A stretch of DNA of 61,188 bases, from the IMG/VR virus record IMGVR_UViG_3300010346_001238; one strand, given 5' to 3'. Each line of letters begins with the position of its first letter. Position 1 is the first letter of the stretch. Position numbers and translations under genes: made by a program. Below are positions 57,080 through 61,188 of this stretch, in pieces. The stretch comes from an uncultured virus (IMG/VR IMGVR_UViG_3300010346_001238). Lineage: Duplodnaviria; Heunggongvirae; Uroviricota; Caudoviricetes. Below the pieces are notes generated by a model. That model was not told the origin of the DNA, did no database searches, and was given only the letters and a program-made list of their open reading frames with translations.

Positions 57080-58042
57080 ATGAGAAAAAATAAGTTATTT
57101 ACATATGATTCAATAGCATTAGTTCCGAAATATTCTAATTTAGAAAGCAGAAAATTGGCTAACACTTCGGTAAATTTATGTGGATATAATTTTAATTTGC
57201 CAGTGGTTCCATCAAATATGATTGATGTAATTTCTTTTGATCGGGCAAAGGAATTATCAGAAAAGGGATTTTTTTATATAATGCATAGATTTGAAGGGGC
57301 AACAATGAAATTTGTAGATTATATAGAAAAAAATGATCTTCCTTTAGTTTCGTTAAGTTTGGGAATAAATGGTGAATCAAAAGTCGACTTAGAATATGCT
57401 ATTTCTACACTTGGATACGAAAGAATCCATTGGCTATGTGTTGATGTGGCACATGGACATCATAAAAAAGTGGGAGAAATGTTAGAATACATTAGAGGAT
57501 TGTTTCCACATCACGGATGTCCTAAAATCATTGCCGGGAATGTTGCTACGGCGGATGGATATAAATACTTAGCAGATAATGGTGCAGATGTAGTAAAATG
57601 CGGAATTGGACAAGGTTCCATATGTACTACCCGGTATAAAACGGGTTTTCATGCTCCAACTGCATATTCAGTTTTAGATTGTGTCAAAAACGGAGATCGA
57701 GATGTTCCTATAATCGCAGATGGTGGAGCGAAACATTTTGGAGATGTAGCTAAAGCGTTGGTGCTAGGTGCCGATATGGTTATGAGTGGACGGTGGTTTG
57801 CAGAATGTATTGATTCTCCGGCTCGAATTGTACACGGAAAGAAAATTTATAGGGGTTCTACATCATATGAGTGCAAACATAATAATGATAATATTGAAGG
57901 GTTAACAATTGAATTGGAAAGGGGATGCACTTATATGGAAAGAATAGCGGAAATCACGCAAGCATTACAAAGCAGTATTTCCTATGCCGGAGGTACAGAT
58001 TTAAGTGCTTTTAATTCGGTCGACTGGAATTTTATTAAATAA
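57080..58042 (+). CDS. guaC: GMP reductase (IMPDH/GMPR family, no CBS domains)
   Basis: 'PVVPSNM', 'YIMHRF', 'VDVAHGH', 'IAGNVAT', '[13 protein letters not shown]', 'IIADGG', 'LQSSISYAG'. Confidence 0.88.
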   Translation: MRKNKLFTYDSIALVPKYSNLESRKLANTSVNLCGYNFNLPVVPSNMIDVISFDRAKELSEKGFFYIMHRFEGATMKFVDYIEKNDLPLVSLSLGINGESKVDLEYAISTLGYERIHWLCVDVAHGHHKKVGEMLEYIRGLFPHHGCPKIIAGNVATADGYKYLADNGADVVKCGIGQGSICTTRYKTGFHAPTAYSVLDCVKNGDRDVPIIADGGAKHFGDVAKALVLGADMVMSGRWFAECIDSPARIVHGKKIYRGSTSYECKHNNDNIEGLTIELERGCTYMERIAEITQALQSSISYAGGTDLSAFNSVDWNFIK

Positions 58043-58052
58043 TTTTGTTACG

Positions 58053-58631
58053 ATGAAACAATATATATTATCTTTACCTACGATTGAAGCCACGGATAGA
58101 AATTTGTATTTAAGTAAAGAAGTAAATCAAAGTTCTATTGAAGAATTAGTTAAAAATATCATTAAAATTAATGAAGAAGATGAACAACATCAAAAAATAT
58201 ATGATTTTTATAAATTTCCATACGAACGTCCACCAATAAAAATTTATTTGGATACTTATGGAGGATTATTATATCAAACATTTGGGTTGGTATCAGTAAT
58301 GGAAAGTAGTAAAACTCCAATTCATACTATTGTTACTGGTTGTGCTATGAGTGCGGGATTTATTATTCTTATATCGGGACATAGACGATTTGCATATAAA
58401 ATGTCAACTCCATTGTATCATCAAGCTAGTACAATATTGATTGGTGAAGTTAAAAATGTTGCGGATTCATATATAGAAGCAAAACGAGTTCAATATATGA
58501 TGGAAAAAATTGTTGTGAAAAAAACTCGAATTACTCGTTTGAAACTTAGAGATATTTATAATCTTAAAAAAGATTGGTATATGACTTCCTCCGAGGCTAA
58601 ACGATTGGGGGTTGTAGATGAAATTATTTAA
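58053..58631 (+). CDS. clpP: ClpP-like protease subunit
   Basis: 'IYLDTYGG', 'GCAMSAG' (Ser), 'LYHQ' (His), 'DWYM...EA..LGVVDEI'. Confidence 0.88.
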   Translation: MKQYILSLPTIEATDRNLYLSKEVNQSSIEELVKNIIKINEEDEQHQKIYDFYKFPYERPPIKIYLDTYGGLLYQTFGLVSVMESSKTPIHTIVTGCAMSAGFIILISGHRRFAYKMSTPLYHQASTILIGEVKNVADSYIEAKRVQYMMEKIVVKKTRITRLKLRDIYNLKKDWYMTSSEAKRLGVVDEII

Positions 58632-58646
58632 TTTGGCAGAATTTTC

Positions 58647-58674
58647 TCGACTTTTTTCAAATATGTCGTATAAT
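58647..58674 (+). promoter_or_regulatory. Sigma70-type promoter, probably giving a leaderless mRNA
   Basis: TCGACT, 16 nt spacer, TATAAT (58669-58674); ATG at 58682. Confidence 0.55.
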
Positions 58675-58681
58675 ATATGGC

Positions 58682-59878
58682 ATGAATCTAAAATGGATTG
58701 ATGCACATACAATTTACGTTACATTACATGGTTCACGGGCGTATGGTCTTGCCAATGAATTTTCGGATGTAGATGTTAAGGGAATTTGTATTCCCCCACC
58801 CGAAATAGAGTATGGATTGTTTGATCGTTTTGAGCAAGCAGAAAATTATCCAGCTATCGAATCAACATTACAACATTTAAAAAATCCTAACAATCCTAAA
58901 TTTGAAAGTTCCATATATTCATTGAGGAAATTTTTTATTTTGGCGGCAGGCGTTAATCCAAATATTATTGAATTATTGCACACTTCTCCCGAACAACATT
59001 TTATTAAAAAGCCAATAATGGAGAAGGTTTTAGAGAATCGAAATTTATTTTTATCAACTAAAGCTCGATTTACATTTTCAGGATATGCCAGTGCTCAAGC
59101 CAAAAAAATTGAGCGGCATAGAAAATGGATTGTTATGGGAGAATTAAAAAAGCCATGTCGTGCAGATTATGGTTTGCCCGAAATTTCCAAGCGAGGGGTT
59201 GGAGAAGTATTTGATTACCTTAAAAGTAAAGTGGAAAGATGGAATTTAAACCAATTTACAATGGATGAAATGCAACGGTCTGAACTTAAAGATGTCATTT
59301 GGGATTTATTGTCTAGCGTAATAAATAAAGAAGTTTCTGTTTCCAATTGGCCCGATGTTTATTCTGATGCAGCCTTTAATAATATGGCTCAGGATTTCAA
59401 TTTTTCCGATGAAGTTATTGCATATATCCAGAGGGAAAGAAAATACTTTAAAGATAAACAAACATATGAGTCATGGGTAAAATGGAAGACGGAAAGAAAT
59501 CCGGAAAGAAGAGCCTTGGAAGAAAAATGTGGATATGATTCGAAACATGCTTCCCAGTTGATCCGGCTTATGAAAATGGGAATGGAAATTATTTCTGAGG
59601 GGAAAGTAATTGTTAATCGACAAGGTATAGATGCCGATGAAATATTATTCATTAAAAATGGTGGATGGACATTTGATAAAGTAATGGAATTCAAAGAAGA
59701 AATGGATAATAAATTAGAAGCCGAATATCAGCGACATAAAAAACTTATTTCCGAGGGCAAGCCCACGCCAATTCCACAAAAAGTGAATACTACAAAAATA
59801 AATGAATTGTATAATAGTATTTACTCCGAATATTGGAGAGGATGGACTCCAGACGAATTGCACGACATTCCAATATAA
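58682..59878 (+). CDS. DNA pol beta-superfamily nucleotidyltransferase (RlaP/YcgL-like)
   Basis: 'GSRAYGL....SDVDVKG', 'NPNIIELL', 'GYA..Q', 'GYD.KHA..L.RL'. Confidence 0.85.
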   Translation: MNLKWIDAHTIYVTLHGSRAYGLANEFSDVDVKGICIPPPEIEYGLFDRFEQAENYPAIESTLQHLKNPNNPKFESSIYSLRKFFILAAGVNPNIIELLHTSPEQHFIKKPIMEKVLENRNLFLSTKARFTFSGYASAQAKKIERHRKWIVMGELKKPCRADYGLPEISKRGVGEVFDYLKSKVERWNLNQFTMDEMQRSELKDVIWDLLSSVINKEVSVSNWPDVYSDAAFNNMAQDFNFSDEVIAYIQRERKYFKDKQTYESWVKWKTERNPERRALEEKCGYDSKHASQLIRLMKMGMEIISEGKVIVNRQGIDADEILFIKNGGWTFDKVMEFKEEMDNKLEAEYQRHKKLISEGKPTPIPQKVNTTKINELYNSIYSEYWRGWTPDELHDIPI

Positions 59879-59879
59879 T

Positions 59880-60416
59880 ATGAAAATTAATATATGCAAC
59901 GATCCTGTTACAGTGCCAGAATATGCGGTACATGAGGATGGAAAAATATATGGATTTTTTGGTCCATTTAGTTTTTTAAGTAATTTTTATATACTTGAAA
60001 CGGCGGTATGTTTAGAGGGATTATATTTTCCATCGGTAGAACATGCTTTTCAAGCTGCAAAATGGCCCCCTCATTTGAGAGAACAATTTACACGGTGTAG
60101 TTCTGGCAAAGCAAAAAGATTGGGACGAAAATCACCATATTTTGATGAAGAAAAATGGAATAAAAAAAAGTTGGGACTTATGAGAGAACTGTGCTTTCAA
60201 AAGTTTACAAATGATTCAAAACTTAATAAAATGCTGTTAATGACCGAGGGATATGAACTTAAAGAGACAAATAATTGGGGAGATACATATTGGGGATGTA
60301 ATGAAGCGGGAGAGGGCGAAAATAATTTAGGGAAAATTTTAATGGATATTCGAGAAGAGTTGTTAAAGCTAGAAAAAAAGAAAAAGAAATTTTTTAAAAA
60401 TGAAACCGCCGATTAA
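59880..60416 (+). CDS. NADAR-family protein
   Basis: 'FLSNFY', 'SVEHAFQA.K', 'AKRLGR', 'KF', 'E...WGD.YWG', 'GENNLGKILM..RE'. Confidence 0.92.
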   Translation: MKINICNDPVTVPEYAVHEDGKIYGFFGPFSFLSNFYILETAVCLEGLYFPSVEHAFQAAKWPPHLREQFTRCSSGKAKRLGRKSPYFDEEKWNKKKLGLMRELCFQKFTNDSKLNKMLLMTEGYELKETNNWGDTYWGCNEAGEGENNLGKILMDIREELLKLEKKKKKFFKNETAD

Positions 60417-61188
60417 ATATTTTGGAGGGAAATCCAATATGATTTCTAAAATACTTCCCCACTTTCCTCCGGACAGTCATTATAATATTTATCTGGAGCC
60501 TTATGGAGGCAGTGCTTCAGTACTTTTATCTCGTCCTTTAACTGGTCATGTAGAGATATTTAATGATATAAACGAAAATATATATTCTTTATTTAAATGT
60601 TTAATAGATCCGGATTTATTTTCTGAATTTAAAAACAAGTGTGATTTGTCTTTATATTCGGCGCAATTGAGACGAGAATATAAGGAAAAACTTAAAGAAA
60701 AATTGTCTCTTATAGATCGGGCATATTATTTTTGGTATGTTAATAGAAGTTCTCATAATGGTATAGGTGGATGGTCGATAAATTGTTGTATCCGTCGTAA
60801 TATGAGCAAATCCACTTCTGATTTCTTATCCAGTGTCGATAGATTAAAAGAATTACATGATCGTCTGTCTGCCGTTATTATCGAGAAGAGGGATGCAATA
60901 GAGTTGATGAAAAAATATGATGATCCTTCTGTATTCGTATATGCCGACCCTCCTTATCATCCTAGTACTCGGGGAAATACTCGTTATGAAAACGATTATA
61001 CCATAGAAGATCATGTAAAATTTATAAATTGCGTTTTGGAATTAAAATCAAAAGTATTAATTTCTGGATATAATAATTTAGAATATGGGCCGCTTGGAAA
61101 AAAATTTTCTCGTATTGATTTTGATGTAAAAACAACAACGGGAACTCATAAGAAAAAAACTAAAACCGAATTTCTCTGGAAAAATTAT
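60400..61188 (+). CDS. Dam-like DNA adenine methyltransferase (3'-truncated by the window; absent from the ORF track)
   Basis: ATG 60400 gives MKPPIKYFGGKS...YLEPYGGSASV...NDIN...YADPPY; open to the end of the window. Confidence 0.9.
   Translation, partial: MKPPIKYFGGKSNMISKILPHFPPDSHYNIYLEPYGGSASVLLSRPLTGHVEIFNDINENIYSLFKCLIDPDLFSEFKNKCDLSLYSAQLRREYKEKLKEKLSLIDRAYYFWYVNRSSHNGIGGWSINCCIRRNMSKSTSDFLSSVDRLKELHDRLSAVIIEKRDAIELMKKYDDPSVFVYADPPYHPSTRGNTRYENDYTIEDHVKFINCVLELKSKVLISGYNNLEYGPLGKKFSRIDFDVKTTTGTHKKKTKTEFLWKNY

Noticed and set aside
413..59899. All minus-strand ORFs in the track (e.g. 413-619, 1486-1671, 2849-3145, 19208-19618, 36522-37004, 40450-40905)
   Set aside because: They lie antisense to tRNAs or well-supported + strand genes and show no recognisable motifs.
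1..61188. Genome-wide TAG-to-Gln recoding (full code 15)
   Set aside because: Long late genes are intact under code 11 and only one clear internal TAG was found; kept only as a local or incipient hypothesis.
1..61188. CRISPR array or diversity-generating retroelement
   Set aside because: No regularly spaced direct repeats, cas genes or reverse transcriptase seen. The repeats at 35748-36227 are in-frame protein duplications, not an adenine-specific TR/VR pair.

Overview
A 61 kb, AT-rich segment of a large (probably jumbo) T4-like myophage genome, with every credible gene on the + strand. In order it contains: (1) a tRNA/accessory region (0-6 kb) with five tRNAs (Met-CAT, Ala-TGC, Ala-GGC, Ser-GGA and an atypical Ser-CGA), a free-standing Zn-motif/PD-(D/E)xK endonuclease, a GT34-like glycosyltransferase, a candidate ~190 nt structured RNA, two secreted Fn3-like proteins and PhoH; (2) tail fibre genes, a gp55-like late sigma factor and a long baseplate/tail cluster (spike, gp25, gp6, large PKD/beta-propeller proteins) with a GNAT gene inserted; (3) a replication/recombination block (RuvC-like, GIY-YIG, primase, fused SbcD-SbcC, DNA methyltransferase); (4) a head module with a frameshifted terminase, a portal carrying an HNH intein, a prohead protease and putative internal head proteins; (5) an auxiliary block (lipoprotein, GMP reductase, ClpP, nucleotidyltransferase, NADAR, Dam-like methylase). 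The most notable observations are a lone in-frame TAG in a structural gene although almost no gene ends in TAG, strong [S/T]-x-S motif enrichment in virion proteins (a possible glycosylation code), the tRNA-linked structured RNA, a tRNA-Ser that can fold 8/4, a recurrent TATTTATA late-promoter-like motif, a possibly capsid-packaged acetyltransferase and an orphan IS200/IS605-like right end. All family assignments come from recognising motifs by eye; no database searches were run.
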